A DNA stretch of 64,000 nucleotides from an uncultured Bacilli bacterium (GTDB lineage Bacteria > Bacillota_I > Bacilli_A > RF39 > UBA660), in the NCBI GenBank assembly GCA_947626095.1, contig CANQQV010000004.1, positions 65,934-129,933 on the forward strand. Direction: 5' to 3'. Under the pieces are notes generated by a model that saw only the letters and a list, made by a program, of their open reading frames with translations, was not told where the DNA came from and searched no databases. The translations under genes and the position numbers were made by a program. Numbering within the stretch: position 1 is the first letter of the stretch; each line of letters opens with the position of its first letter. Below, piece by piece: positions 46,573 through 57,700 of the stretch.

Positions 46573-48129
46573 ATGGAATTAATAAAATTTAAAGAATATC
46601 TAATGACAATAGTAAATGAATTAAGCATCAAACTAAATGAAATTGAAACCGAAATTTCTTCACTGCCGCCGATTAAAGAATTTGACATAACTAAATATGG
46701 ATCAAAAGAATATTTTATAAAATTGTATTTGTCAAAACAACCAAGACATCTTTTTAATATTCATTTAAAGCCATCAGAAAACATACTAAGACAATTTGTT
46801 TATACTCGTGTTAAAAACGATTTGGTAGCAACTAAAAACGAATTATATAAACAAATTAGTGAATTAAAAAATACAATATCATCCATCGATAAAAATGGCG
46901 AAATAGTAGGGGAAGTATATCCTCTTGATAATACTATCAAAGAACTAATTAACTATAGCATTAAAAACCAAATTCCTAATGAAGTATTCTTTAACCTTCT
47001 AGCTAAATTAGTTCACTATATTAATAAGAATCCACATAATATCAAAAGAACAATCTTAAGCGATATCAATGTCTATTTATCAAATGGTAACTTAGTAAAT
47101 TTCGATGCTCCTAAAGATAATTTCCTTTTTTCGTTAAAAAAACTATTTTTAATCATTAACGTTGATCAAAGTAATCAACAAATTAAAGAGTTTCTAACTA
47201 ATCTATATAATGATTTAACTAAAGAACCAAATAAACAAGAGAAAAAAGGTCAAATAAGTCAAATTGAAGAATATATTAAAGATGGCAAAATAATCAAATT
47301 ACCAGTTGATCAAAAGAAATTTTATCGACTTCTAAAAGATTCTGAACTTCCAGAAGAAACCAAAAAAGAGTACGAAGAAAAAATGAAGCAAGCTATGTCT
47401 AGGGTAGAAAAGCAAAAAAAACGCAAACAAAATTTAAAAGTCCTTCATAAATATCTTTTAGAAGAAGACCTTAATACAATGAATGAAGCCGAAAAACTTC
47501 TTCTAAACTTAGAAGATATAACTCTTGCATCAATTATTTCTCGTCATTATGAAGAAATAATATCATTATGCAACTATATTGAATTAATAGCTGGTTCCTA
47601 TGAAGAACAGATATCATTAGAAATATTAACGCAAAAATTATCCTCATTAAAAATTATAATAAATAATATTAAAAATCCTCAAAAACCAACTTCAAAAAGT
47701 TTCTACTTTATCACTAACAAATTCAATATACCTATTATTCTTTCTCAATTAGAGTTAATAGATATTACTCAATATGAAGAAATTTATGTCTTACTATATA
47801 ATTTAGCTAATGACATGATAAAAGGAACAAAAGTAAAAGAAATAAATGGTATTGAGATATATCATTTATATGGTGAAAATATTCAAATAACATATACAAA
47901 GCATCGAGACGAAATAATAATAGCTTCTATAAAAACAACCTCAGAAATTTATAGTTCATCAAATAAAGATCTTAGTGCTAAAGAAATAGAAAAAGTAGTA
48001 AGACTACATCAAACACCAAAAAATGAAAAAATCAAAAGTCTTCATTCAATATATGAATGTTTAATCGCCAACCAACTTGATTTACGTAAAAATAGCCCTA
48101 AATTAACTTTTCATTTACCAACTGAATAA
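46573..48129 (+). CDS. Hypothetical helical protein, possible degenerate RelE-like C-terminal domain
   Basis: About 520-aa ORF; C-terminal IYHLYGENIQITY...IIIASIK pattern. Confidence 0.6.
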   Translation: MELIKFKEYLMTIVNELSIKLNEIETEISSLPPIKEFDITKYGSKEYFIKLYLSKQPRHLFNIHLKPSENILRQFVYTRVKNDLVATKNELYKQISELKNTISSIDKNGEIVGEVYPLDNTIKELINYSIKNQIPNEVFFNLLAKLVHYINKNPHNIKRTILSDINVYLSNGNLVNFDAPKDNFLFSLKKLFLIINVDQSNQQIKEFLTNLYNDLTKEPNKQEKKGQISQIEEYIKDGKIIKLPVDQKKFYRLLKDSELPEETKKEYEEKMKQAMSRVEKQKKRKQNLKVLHKYLLEEDLNTMNEAEKLLLNLEDITLASIISRHYEEIISLCNYIELIAGSYEEQISLEILTQKLSSLKIIINNIKNPQKPTSKSFYFITNKFNIPIILSQLELIDITQYEEIYVLLYNLANDMIKGTKVKEINGIEIYHLYGENIQITYTKHRDEIIIASIKTTSEIYSSSNKDLSAKEIEKVVRLHQTPKNEKIKSLHSIYECLIANQLDLRKNSPKLTFHLPTE

Positions 48130-48219
48130 AAAATATAGTTCTTTTAAAATAATCATATTGAAAAAATAATCAATATCATATATAATTAAAAGGGTAATAA
48201 AGTGTAGGAGGCATATTAT

Positions 48220-48621
48220 ATGGCATTTAGTATAAAGAAGATATTTGAACCAGTTGATGAAGATGAAAGAAGTTTAAATGGAACAGAAGATAACTACTAT
48301 GAAACAGATAGTAAAGAAGTAGATAATAGCTCTAATAAGATGATTTTACTTGAGCCCCGTGCTTATTCAGAATCTCAACAAATCGCTGATCATCTAAAAA
48401 ATCGTAATAGTGTTGTCGTAAATTTAAAACGTGTAACATCTGATCAAGCAAAAAGAATTATTGACTTTTTGAGCGGTTGCATTTATGCTATAGGCGGAAC
48501 TATGCAAAAAGTTGGTGTTGGAATTTATCTTTGTACACCAAATAATGTTAATGTTCAAGGTAAAATAAGTGATGATAGTGCCAAAGAACAAGAAAAAAGC
48601 GAAGAAGAAATAGAATGGTAA
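48220..48621 (+). CDS. sepF: Cell division protein SepF
   Basis: [22 protein letters not shown]...[16 protein letters not shown]...YLCTP.NV. Confidence 0.95.
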   Translation: MAFSIKKIFEPVDEDERSLNGTEDNYYETDSKEVDNSSNKMILLEPRAYSESQQIADHLKNRNSVVVNLKRVTSDQAKRIIDFLSGCIYAIGGTMQKVGVGIYLCTPNNVNVQGKISDDSAKEQEKSEEEIEW

Positions 48622-48649
48622 TATCATACTCTTTATAAGAGGGTGAGTC

Positions 48650-49090
48650 ATGAAAAACTTTAACATAGTAACTAATGGCTATGACAAAAACGAAGTAAAT
48701 AATTTTGTTAATGAAGTAACAACCGAATATGAAAGCATGCTAAACAAATTAAAAAGTAAAGATGAAGAAATAGCCATGCTTAAAAATGAACTAAACCGTT
48801 ATAAAGATATTGAAACAACAATGAATAAAGCGGTTTTAGTTGCTGAAGACTCATCAAATCAAATAAGAAAAATAGCCAAAGAAGAAGCAAATTTAATTAT
48901 TGCAAATGCCAAAAAAGACGCATCACAAATTGTTAACGATGCCTTAATTAAAGCTGAAAAAACGGAAATAGAAGTGGATAATCTCCGTCGTAGTATTAAA
49001 CTTTATAAAGCTCGTATTAAAGAAGTTGTTTCTGAACAACTTACTATGGTTGATGACGTTGATAATATTAATTTAGACGAAAGAGAGTAA
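48650..49090 (+). CDS. divIVA: DivIVA
   Basis: F....GYDKNEVNNFVNEV...YE; coiled coil with AVLVAE...AKEEA. Confidence 0.9.
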   Translation: MKNFNIVTNGYDKNEVNNFVNEVTTEYESMLNKLKSKDEEIAMLKNELNRYKDIETTMNKAVLVAEDSSNQIRKIAKEEANLIIANAKKDASQIVNDALIKAEKTEIEVDNLRRSIKLYKARIKEVVSEQLTMVDDVDNINLDERE

Positions 49091-49100
49091 TCTCTTTTTT

Positions 49101-49793
49101 TTAATTGCGATTATTCTTAAAAAATTCTTTATACAATTTGGTTAAAGCTCGTTTCTCAATTCTTGAGACATAACTTCTTGATATATGTAATTCTTTAGCT
49201 ATTTCTTTTTGCGTATAAATATCTGTATTATATAAGCCATATCTTTTAACAATTATCTCTTTTTCTCTTTTACTTAATACTTCTAAATACTTATGTAATA
49301 ACTCAATATTAATATTATTAAAGATTAATGTCGGTAAATCATCCTCAGTATTAGGTAATACGTCCATTAATGATATTTCATTACCATCCTTATCAATTCC
49401 TATATAATCATTTAAACTAATATCATTACCATACTTCTTATTACTTCTAAAATACATTAAGATTTCATTCTCCGCACATTTAGCTATATAAGTCGTTATT
49501 TTAATCTTCTTATTAGGATTATAACTATCAATTCCTTTAATAAGACCAATCGTTCCAATACTAATTAAATCATCACTAGATATATTTTTATCTTCATATC
49601 TTTTACATAAATGGGCCACTAAACGCAAATTATGTTCAATTAACTTATTACGTGCCTCAATATCTCCATTCATCATTAGTTTAATGCATTCATCCTCCTC
49701 ATCACTACTTAGTGGTTCCGGAAATACATTATTCGAATAACTCCCAGTAAAAGCAAATAAACCTTTAAATAGATTTAATAATCTTAAAAACAT
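49101..49793 (-). CDS. sigK: Sporulation sigma factor K (pro-form, uninterrupted)
   Basis: Pro-sequence then NNVFPEPLS; LIEHNLRLVAH, DLISIGTIGLIK, ENEILM, GIDKDGNEISL, TQKEIA..L.ISRSYVSRIEKRAL. Confidence 0.93.
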   Translation of the reverse strand: MFLRLLNLFKGLFAFTGSYSNNVFPEPLSSDEEDECIKLMMNGDIEARNKLIEHNLRLVAHLCKRYEDKNISSDDLISIGTIGLIKGIDSYNPNKKIKITTYIAKCAENEILMYFRSNKKYGNDISLNDYIGIDKDGNEISLMDVLPNTEDDLPTLIFNNINIELLHKYLEVLSKREKEIIVKRYGLYNTDIYTQKEIAKELHISRSYVSRIEKRALTKLYKEFFKNNRN

Positions 49794-49821
49794 CTAATCA
49801 CCTAATTAATTATATTTAAAA
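49789..49821 (-). repeat. Second copy of the 33-bp gerM/sigK leader; sigma-E-like promoter
   Basis: Minus strand TCATTTT-N14-AATATAAT then TAATTAGGTGATTAG-ATG. Confidence 0.85.
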
Positions 49822-49862
49822 TAAAAGGTAAAAATGATATAATCAATTCAAGGAATGATAAT

Positions 49863-50762
49863 ATGAAAAGATTACTTAGAATAACTATCTTACTGCTATT
49901 TTGTTTAATAATACCAGCTTGTAAATCTGAATATAAATATGAAGTAGTAGAAATAACCAGTCATGATCTATTAGCCAATATTAACGAAAACAAATCATTT
50001 GTCTTTGCCTTTGTTAATAGTAAGAATAATAATTATGATGCCTTTATGAATGATTTAAAGACTTTTTCTGAAAAAAACCATTCCAAAATATATTATGTCG
50101 ATTATAATCACATGGATTATAAAACTTTCGCATACTTTGTTGATAACATAGATTTAACTTATAATAAATGTAGTTACTATGTTTACAAAAATAAAGCATA
50201 TGTTGTACAAAGTGAATATACAAATTATCAAAATCTCTACAAAGATCTTAAAAATTATACTTTATTAGACAATCTAAACCTTTCTAGTGAAGATGAATTA
50301 AAAGAATATTATAATAAAGCTGTAACTGAATATAATAATGGTAATATTGGTATTGCTAACGATAATTTGAATTTGGCTTGGACTTTAGATGAAGCTAAGG
50401 AATTCTATAAAAATAATGAATACTTCAAACTAATTCAACTATGGGAAAACTATGAATTTAGAGATCCTAAAAAATTAGATTATACAACATATCATAGTCT
50501 TTTCTTTTCTAACCATACTAATTACTATGTTGAAGCAATTAAAAGTGGCGACTATGCTACATTTGTCAAACCAAATACAATAGATGAACATGAATTTATC
50601 TATTATTACATAAAAGATGATATAATATATACAGCTGAAAAAGATAATATTGATCATGATAAATATAAAGCAACGTATAGATTAATCGATGTTTCTGATG
50701 ACTTAATGCATTTAATTGATTTAAAAAATGATAAAGAATATGAATATATAAGAGGTGTATAA
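49863..50762 (+). CDS. Lipoprotein with thioredoxin-like N-terminal domain
   Basis: Lipobox IIPAC; SFVFAFV...KIYYVDY pattern, no CxxC. Confidence 0.6.
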   Translation: MKRLLRITILLLFCLIIPACKSEYKYEVVEITSHDLLANINENKSFVFAFVNSKNNNYDAFMNDLKTFSEKNHSKIYYVDYNHMDYKTFAYFVDNIDLTYNKCSYYVYKNKAYVVQSEYTNYQNLYKDLKNYTLLDNLNLSSEDELKEYYNKAVTEYNNGNIGIANDNLNLAWTLDEAKEFYKNNEYFKLIQLWENYEFRDPKKLDYTTYHSLFFSNHTNYYVEAIKSGDYATFVKPNTIDEHEFIYYYIKDDIIYTAEKDNIDHDKYKATYRLIDVSDDLMHLIDLKNDKEYEYIRGV

Positions 50763-50764
50763 AA

Positions 50765-51481
50765 GTGGAAATAGTTAGAGTAGAAAAAAGAGTTAAACAA
50801 CCAAAAACAAACAAACCAAAAACAAAACAAACGCCAAAGAAACAAAAAGAAATGACAAGTAATAAAAAATTTTTACTTGTTATCGTTATCATTGGCTTAT
50901 TTCTTATTATTTGTGCCTCAATCTATCGTTGGCAAAGTAATAAAAAATATCAAGGCTACTGGTGTAGTTATACTGAACATTCTCTAGTCGTTGTTCAACT
51001 TAAAGATGGTCATACCGAAAAGCAAGATCAAGAGTTAGAAAAACTAGCTGAAACTTTTGAAAACGTTATATCAGTTAATCCAGCCCCAAAAGAAGGATAT
51101 GAAGACGGTCTAGGACCAAATCCTGATATTAACGATGCATATGTTATTAGCTTCTCAACCTTAGATAATGTTGGTACTTATATCGAAGAAATTGAAAAAC
51201 TTGACTTTGTCGTTAATGTCAATCAACAATCAGCCAAAAGTAACATGTCCTTATATAATTTAAAAAGTTTTAATAATTATACTTTTTCTGATTCCGATGA
51301 AGCTTTAGAAGAAGATATCGAAACTGGTAAATATAAAATTAAAAATGGGGTAATAACATTTACTCCTAAAAATAAAGATGAACAAACTAAATTGTTATAT
51401 ATCAAAGATAAACATTTATGTTCTGATCCAGAATGTACAAGAATCTTTGCTTCAACTAATGAAACATGCAATACTGATTAA
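50765..51481 (+). CDS. Single-TM protein containing an FtsX-extracellular-like domain
   Basis: VVVQLKDGHTEKQDQELEK...ENVISV...DAYVISF...IEKLDFVVNV. Confidence 0.6.
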   Translation: MEIVRVEKRVKQPKTNKPKTKQTPKKQKEMTSNKKFLLVIVIIGLFLIICASIYRWQSNKKYQGYWCSYTEHSLVVVQLKDGHTEKQDQELEKLAETFENVISVNPAPKEGYEDGLGPNPDINDAYVISFSTLDNVGTYIEEIEKLDFVVNVNQQSAKSNMSLYNLKSFNNYTFSDSDEALEEDIETGKYKIKNGVITFTPKNKDEQTKLLYIKDKHLCSDPECTRIFASTNETCNTD

Positions 51482-51496
51482 TTAAGGAGGCAACAA

Positions 51497-52495
51497 ATGA
51501 AAATATTAGTAACTGGTGGTTGTGGTTACATAGGTAGCCATACCTGTGTTGAATTACTCGAAAACGGCTATGAAGTTGTAATCATCGATAATCTATGTAA
51601 TTCCAAAAAAGATGTTATTGATAAAATTAAACAAATAACTAATAAAGACGTAACATTCTATGAAAATGATGTTTGTGATAAAAATGCCTTAGAAACAATT
51701 TTTAATGCAGAGAATATCGATGCGGTCATCCATTTTGCTGGACTAAAAGCGGTTGGTGAATCAGTATCTAAACCTCTAATGTATTATCGCAACAACTTAG
51801 ATTCAACTTTATCTTTATTAGAAGTAATGAATAAATATAATTGTAAAAAACTAGTCTTTTCATCTAGTGCTACCGTTTATGGTAAACCACATCAATTACC
51901 AATAACCGAAGATTTTCCTCTACAAACAACTAATCCATATGGCTCAACTAAATTAATGATTGAAAATATCTTAAATGATTTATATACTTCCGATAATACT
52001 TGGAGTATTGCCATTCTTCGATACTTTAATCCAATTGGTGCTCATAAAAGTGGTTTAATTGGGGAAAATCCTAATGGCATTCCAAATAATTTAATGCCAT
52101 ATATCGTTAAAGTAGCTACTGGGGAATTAAAAGAATTAAATGTCTTTGGTAATGACTATAATACTAAAGATGGAACTGGTGTAAGAGATTACATTCACGT
52201 TGTTGATCTAGCTAAAGGTCATATCAAAGCTATCGAAAAAGTTATAAAAGACGAAGGCCTTGATACATATAATCTAGGTACTGGTAAAGGTTATAGTGTT
52301 CTAGAAATAGTTAATACCTTTGAAAAAGTTAATGGTATCAAAATTCCTTATAAAATTGTCAATCGCCGTCCAGGTGATATCGATGCTTGTTATGCTGCTA
52401 CCGATAAAGCTGCTAGATTACTTAATTGGCATGCTGAATTAGAAATCGAAGAAATGTGTAAAGACGCTTACAACTTTGTTAAAAACAATCAATAA
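51497..52495 (+). CDS. galE: UDP-glucose 4-epimerase
   Basis: TGGCGYIGSH, HFAGLKAVGES, SSSATVYG, PYGSTK, LRYFNPIGAH, RDYIHV. Confidence 0.97.
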   Translation: MKILVTGGCGYIGSHTCVELLENGYEVVIIDNLCNSKKDVIDKIKQITNKDVTFYENDVCDKNALETIFNAENIDAVIHFAGLKAVGESVSKPLMYYRNNLDSTLSLLEVMNKYNCKKLVFSSSATVYGKPHQLPITEDFPLQTTNPYGSTKLMIENILNDLYTSDNTWSIAILRYFNPIGAHKSGLIGENPNGIPNNLMPYIVKVATGELKELNVFGNDYNTKDGTGVRDYIHVVDLAKGHIKAIEKVIKDEGLDTYNLGTGKGYSVLEIVNTFEKVNGIKIPYKIVNRRPGDIDACYAATDKAARLLNWHAELEIEEMCKDAYNFVKNNQ

Positions 52496-52560
52496 AGAAA
52501 CTACGAAAGTAGTTTTTTTAAATTGAATAATAAGTTATAATATAGATGAGGTTTTTGTTT

Positions 52561-53076
52561 ATGACTAGTATTTATCAACCAAAAATGTATTATCAAAATA
52601 TCTTTACTATTAATTACGACTTATTAAAGAAGCAAAACATTAAATACTTAATCTTTGATTTAGATAATACTATTGCTGATTGTCGTACTATAACTCCATC
52701 TAAAGAAGTAATAACCTTATTTAATAAACTTCAAAAACAAGGTTTTCAAATATATATTTTATCAAACGCTTTAAAAAGACGTGTTAAACAATTTGGTAGT
52801 GCTCTTAAAGTTCCGTACTATTACTTATCTTTAAAGCCATTAACTATTACTTTTAAGCGCTTAATAAAAAATAATAACCTTGATATAACTAAAATAGCGA
52901 TGATTGGTGATGAACTATATACTGATATTAAAGGTTCAAATAAACTAAAAATCCTAAGTATTTTAGTTGATCCTTTAACTAAACACGACTATATTTTTTC
53001 TAAGATAAGTCGTCTACGTGAAAAACACTTAATTAAAAAAACTAACATTATTAAAAGAGGTGAATATTATGAATAA
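52561..53076 (+). CDS. yqeG: YqeG family HAD-IIIA phosphatase
   Basis: FDLDNT, LSN, KP, MIGDELYTDI. Confidence 0.9.
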   Translation: MTSIYQPKMYYQNIFTINYDLLKKQNIKYLIFDLDNTIADCRTITPSKEVITLFNKLQKQGFQIYILSNALKRRVKQFGSALKVPYYYLSLKPLTITFKRLIKNNNLDITKIAMIGDELYTDIKGSNKLKILSILVDPLTKHDYIFSKISRLREKHLIKKTNIIKRGEYYE

Positions 53077-54061
53077 ATGTATCGGCTGTGGTAGTGTTTT
53101 ACAAAATCAATATCAAGATAAAATCGGTTATACGCCCAAAAAAGATCTTAATGAAGTAAAATACTGTGAAAGATGCTTTAAAATCAATAACTATAACGAT
53201 AAATTTATTACTAAACTAGATAATATTAATGAATATCTCATAAAAGAAGTAAATAAAAAGGCGGAATACGTTTATTTCATGATTGACTTTCTAAATATTA
53301 ACACTGAAACTTTAGCATCATATAATAAAATTAAAGTTCCTAAATCTTTAATAATTAGTAAACTAGATATTATTCCTAAATCAATTAATAAAGCTAAACT
53401 TACTAATTATTTAAAAGAAACATATCAAATAACTGATAATATCTATTATCAAAGTACTAAGAAAAACTTAAATACTAAAGATTTAATAAGTAACTTAGAA
53501 AAGCATCATCTTAAAGAATGTTATATACTAGGCTATGCTAATAGTGGTAAATCTAATCTTATTAATAAAATAAATACAATGTATAATGAAAATATAAATA
53601 AAATAACTACGAGTTCAATACCTAACACAACTATTGATTTTATTAAAATTCCGATAAACGATAATCTTACTTTAATCGATTCACCTGGTTTTACTTTAAA
53701 TAATGTTATATATGAAAATAACGAATACGATTTAATTGAAAGAGTAAATCCTAAAAAGTATCTTAAACCAATAACATATCAAACCAAAAATATTACTTCA
53801 TTAGTCATCGAAGATAAATTAAGAATTGATGTTAATAGTATTAATAGCTTAACATTCTATATTAGTAATGAACTTAATATTAAACGTATCTTTAATGATA
53901 ATCCTGAATTAACTACCTTACAAAGTATTGAATTAGATATTCCCGATAACTCTGATTTAATAATTAAATCATTAGGTTTTATTAATATCAAAAAAGCTTG
54001 TCATTTAAAGATTTATACTGTAAATGATAATTTATTCGAAATAAGAAAATCATTATTCTAG
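53069..54061 (+). CDS. yqeH: Ribosome biogenesis GTPase YqeH
   Basis: KCIGCG...YCERC; GYANSGKS, PNTT, DSPG; follows yqeG. Confidence 0.88.
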   Translation: MNKCIGCGSVLQNQYQDKIGYTPKKDLNEVKYCERCFKINNYNDKFITKLDNINEYLIKEVNKKAEYVYFMIDFLNINTETLASYNKIKVPKSLIISKLDIIPKSINKAKLTNYLKETYQITDNIYYQSTKKNLNTKDLISNLEKHHLKECYILGYANSGKSNLINKINTMYNENINKITTSSIPNTTIDFIKIPINDNLTLIDSPGFTLNNVIYENNEYDLIERVNPKKYLKPITYQTKNITSLVIEDKLRIDVNSINSLTFYISNELNIKRIFNDNPELTTLQSIELDIPDNSDLIIKSLGFINIKKACHLKIYTVNDNLFEIRKSLF

Positions 54062-54071
54062 GAGGTTAAAA

Positions 54072-55844
54072 ATGGCTAAAATAAAAGTAATGAGTGAAAA
54101 CTTAGCAAATAAAATTGCTGCTGGTGAAGTAGTTGAAAAATGTGCATCAGTTGTTAAAGAATTAGTTGAAAATAGTATTGATGCTCATGCTACTAGTATT
54201 AAAGTCGATTTAATTGATGGTGGCTTAAAAGAAATAAAAGTAACAGATGATGGAATAGGGATGGAACATGATGATGCCTTATTATCATTTCAAAGACATG
54301 CTACTAGTAAATTAACTAAAGAAGATGACTTATTCTTTATTAATACCCTAGGTTTCCGTGGTGAAGCTCTACCATCTATCGCTTCCGTATCAGACGTTGA
54401 TTTAATTACTTGTGCTACCCAAATAGGTACTCACTTACATATTAAAGGTGGTAAATTAGAAATTGACGAACCATCTGATAGTCGTAAAGGTACTATCATA
54501 AGCGTATATAACTTATTTTATAATACTCCAGCTCGTTTAAAATATCTAAAAAGTGAACAATACGAACTAGCTAATACCGTATCGTATATTGAAAAATTAG
54601 CTTTATCATATCCTAATATTCAATTTGAACTTACTAATAACGATAAAACTCTTACTAAAACTAGTGGTTCTAATAGTCTTCTTAAAACTATTCACGAAAT
54701 ATATGGCTTAAGTGTATCTAGTAATATGTTAGAAGTTAAAGCTAGTATTGATGATTATGATATGGAAGGTTATATTTGTAAACCAGCTATCTTAAAATCT
54801 AATCGTAATCACATGATAACTATTGTTAATGGTCGTGTTGTTAAAAATAATGATTTAAATCGAGCAATTAACGACGCTTATTATACCTATAAACCAGATA
54901 TAAAATATCCAATTGTTGTCTTAAAATTTGAAACAGATCCAACTTTAATAGATGTTAATATTCACCCAACTAAACAAGATATTAAACTAAGTAAAGTTGA
55001 AGAACTATATAAAATGATAGTTGATACAATCAAAACTAAACTATATCAAGAACTATTAATACCCAATGCTTTAAAAGAAGAACAAAAAAGCCAAATATCA
55101 TTACCAACCTCAATGGTTAAAAACGAAATAGTCGAAAAGAAAGTAGTTGAAAAAGAACCAAAAAGAGAAGAGTACCAAGCTGAATTAGATTTAAGTGTCC
55201 AAGAAGAAGATACACCATACGATGAACCAAAAGATATAATCATTAATAACGAATTTAAAAAACTTGTTTTATATCCTGTTGGCTTAGCTTTAGGGACATA
55301 TATTATCGCTCAAAACGAAGAAGGAATTTATTTAATCGATCAACATGCAGCTCAAGAACGTATTAATTATGATAAGTACTTAAAAGCTTTAAAAGAAAAA
55401 GAAATAACGACAGTCGCCCCATTATTTCCCATTAATATCGAACTAAATACTAGTGATTTCTTAACTATCAAAGAACATCTAGATATCTTAACTAATATGG
55501 GCTTTGTTATTGAAGAATTTGGTCTTAATACTTATACTATTAAAGAACATCCAACTTGGTTAAAAGAAGGTTACGAAGAAGAATCAATTCATAAAATCTT
55601 TGATACTATTATCAGTATCGGTTCTCGTTTTGATCCTGTTAAATTTAATGAACATATCGCTATTACTTTAGCTTGTAAAATGTCTATTAAAGCTAATACT
55701 AGAATAAGTACTGAAGCACAAGAAGAAATCTTAAATGAACTAGTTAATACTGACAATCCTTATAATTGTCCTCATGGTAGACCTACCATTATTAAATTTA
55801 GCGTCTACGACCTAGAAAAAATGTTTAAACGTGCTATGAATTAA
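54072..55844 (+). CDS. mutL: DNA mismatch repair endonuclease MutL
   Basis: IAAGEVVE, HATSK, GFRGEAL, DVNIHPTK, DQHAAQER, ACK, CPHGRP. Confidence 0.98.
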   Translation: MAKIKVMSENLANKIAAGEVVEKCASVVKELVENSIDAHATSIKVDLIDGGLKEIKVTDDGIGMEHDDALLSFQRHATSKLTKEDDLFFINTLGFRGEALPSIASVSDVDLITCATQIGTHLHIKGGKLEIDEPSDSRKGTIISVYNLFYNTPARLKYLKSEQYELANTVSYIEKLALSYPNIQFELTNNDKTLTKTSGSNSLLKTIHEIYGLSVSSNMLEVKASIDDYDMEGYICKPAILKSNRNHMITIVNGRVVKNNDLNRAINDAYYTYKPDIKYPIVVLKFETDPTLIDVNIHPTKQDIKLSKVEELYKMIVDTIKTKLYQELLIPNALKEEQKSQISLPTSMVKNEIVEKKVVEKEPKREEYQAELDLSVQEEDTPYDEPKDIIINNEFKKLVLYPVGLALGTYIIAQNEEGIYLIDQHAAQERINYDKYLKALKEKEITTVAPLFPINIELNTSDFLTIKEHLDILTNMGFVIEEFGLNTYTIKEHPTWLKEGYEEESIHKIFDTIISIGSRFDPVKFNEHIAITLACKMSIKANTRISTEAQEEILNELVNTDNPYNCPHGRPTIIKFSVYDLEKMFKRAMN

Positions 55845-55856
55845 AAAAAGAATCAA

Positions 55857-57602
55857 TTAATTTTGATTCTTTTTAAGTTCCATATCATATAACTTCTTAT
55901 ATTCTTTATTATTCTTAAGTAATTCTTCATGTGTACCAGTTGCTACAATCTTTCCTTTATCAACCATCATAATCTTATCACTATTAATAACTGTTGATAA
56001 ACGATGGGCGATAATTAAGATTGTATAATCATCTTTCATATTATTAATTGCATCCTGAATACCTTTTTGTGTTTCATTATCCAAGGCTGAAGTCGCTTCA
56101 TCAAATAAGATAATCTTTGTCTTTTGCACTAAAGCTCTTGCAATTGCTAGTCTTTGTCTTTGTCCACCTGATAAACTTAAACCACCTTCACCAACCAAAG
56201 TATCATATTTATCTGGTAAACTTTCAATAAATTCATCAAGCATTGCTGTTTTACAAGCTTCAACTATCTCTTCATCAGTTAAACCTTCTTTAACTATCTT
56301 AAGATTATCTTTAATCGTCATATTAAAGATATATGGATTTTGTGTAATAATACTTATATTACCTCTAATTGAATCACGATCTAATTCTTCGATATCAACA
56401 CCATCAATTAGTATTTGACCTTCTTTAATATTATACATTTTAGCTAGTAAATTAAAGATGGTTGTTTTACCAGCCCCTGATTTTCCGACAAAAGATACTG
56501 TTTCATTATGTTTAATCTTAAAACTAATATTATCTAAGACTTTCTGTTTATCATCATAACTAAATGAAACATTTTTAAATTCAAAGTCACCTTTAACTTT
56601 ATCCAGATGCTTAGTTCCAAATTTTTCTTTCGCAAACACATCACTATCAATTATTTCAAAAACACGAGAAGCCGATAAATTAAAATCTTTATACCATTCC
56701 ATCATTTGTGAAGCCAAAGTAAGTAAATTAAATACTCTGCCACGATACATATAAATAATAACAACACTAGCTATTGTAATATCTCCATGACTTATCATAA
56801 AAATTGCTAGTAATATTAAACCAAAATCTAAGATATCTCTAACACTACCAGTAATTAATGAATATCGACGCATCACTTCGCTCATTTTATATCTTTCTTG
56901 ATTTAATTCCGTTATTTTTTCACTAGTTGAATTCATAAATGATTCACTAGCATTTAATACTTTAATGTCTCTAATACCTCTAATTAATTCACTAGCTAAA
57001 CCAGTTGTTTTCTCTGCATGACGACGATATTCCTTATCCATTGCATTATATTTTTTTATACGTATCTTTTCTAAGATAAAAATCAAAATAATTCCTACAA
57101 TATAATAGACAAATATCACTTTATTTATAACAAATATCGCAATTAATATGCCAATATTAGTTATTACATCGGTAACCGACATATTAAGTTGTAAGAATAT
57201 ATCAGATATTCTCGAAGTATCTTTTACTAGACGATCAATAAAAACCCCACTTGACTTCTTATCTAAATCTGCCGTTTCAATTTTTAATACTTCGTTAGCC
57301 ATATCAATTTGAATATCTTTTAAGACTTCTCGAGCAAATATTTGTGAATATTTACGTGCCAAAGCATGACATATATTACGAGACAATTCAACCATTAATA
57401 TTATAAGACTTAAATAAAATAAATTCTTTAATAAGCCATCTGTTAAAAAAAGCAATTCACGAGCTGAAAGTAGGGGAACAACCGCTCCAATGACAGCCAA
57501 ACAAATATTAGCTAAAAAATAAAAGATAAAAACTTTCTTTTGTTTTTTAGCATATTTAAAAGCATTCTTTAAATTACTATTTTTCACTACTATCAACTCC
57601 AT
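55857..57602 (-). CDS. ABC exporter, fused permease/ATPase (MsbA/multidrug type)
   Basis: 6 TM; GKSGAGKT, LSGGQRQR, FDEATSALD, IAHRLST. Confidence 0.93.
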   Translation of the reverse strand: MELIVVKNSNLKNAFKYAKKQKKVFIFYFLANICLAVIGAVVPLLSARELLFLTDGLLKNLFYLSLIILMVELSRNICHALARKYSQIFAREVLKDIQIDMANEVLKIETADLDKKSSGVFIDRLVKDTSRISDIFLQLNMSVTDVITNIGILIAIFVINKVIFVYYIVGIILIFILEKIRIKKYNAMDKEYRRHAEKTTGLASELIRGIRDIKVLNASESFMNSTSEKITELNQERYKMSEVMRRYSLITGSVRDILDFGLILLAIFMISHGDITIASVVIIYMYRGRVFNLLTLASQMMEWYKDFNLSASRVFEIIDSDVFAKEKFGTKHLDKVKGDFEFKNVSFSYDDKQKVLDNISFKIKHNETVSFVGKSGAGKTTIFNLLAKMYNIKEGQILIDGVDIEELDRDSIRGNISIITQNPYIFNMTIKDNLKIVKEGLTDEEIVEACKTAMLDEFIESLPDKYDTLVGEGGLSLSGGQRQRLAIARALVQKTKIILFDEATSALDNETQKGIQDAINNMKDDYTILIIAHRLSTVINSDKIMMVDKGKIVATGTHEELLKNNKEYKKLYDMELKKNQN

Positions 57603-57700
57603 ATATCACTATTTTATCATATTAATCTTATTTAAAAGGTAAATATCTTTTTACTTTACTAATTATCATGTTATAATAGCAAAGAAAAAGGGTGATTATC

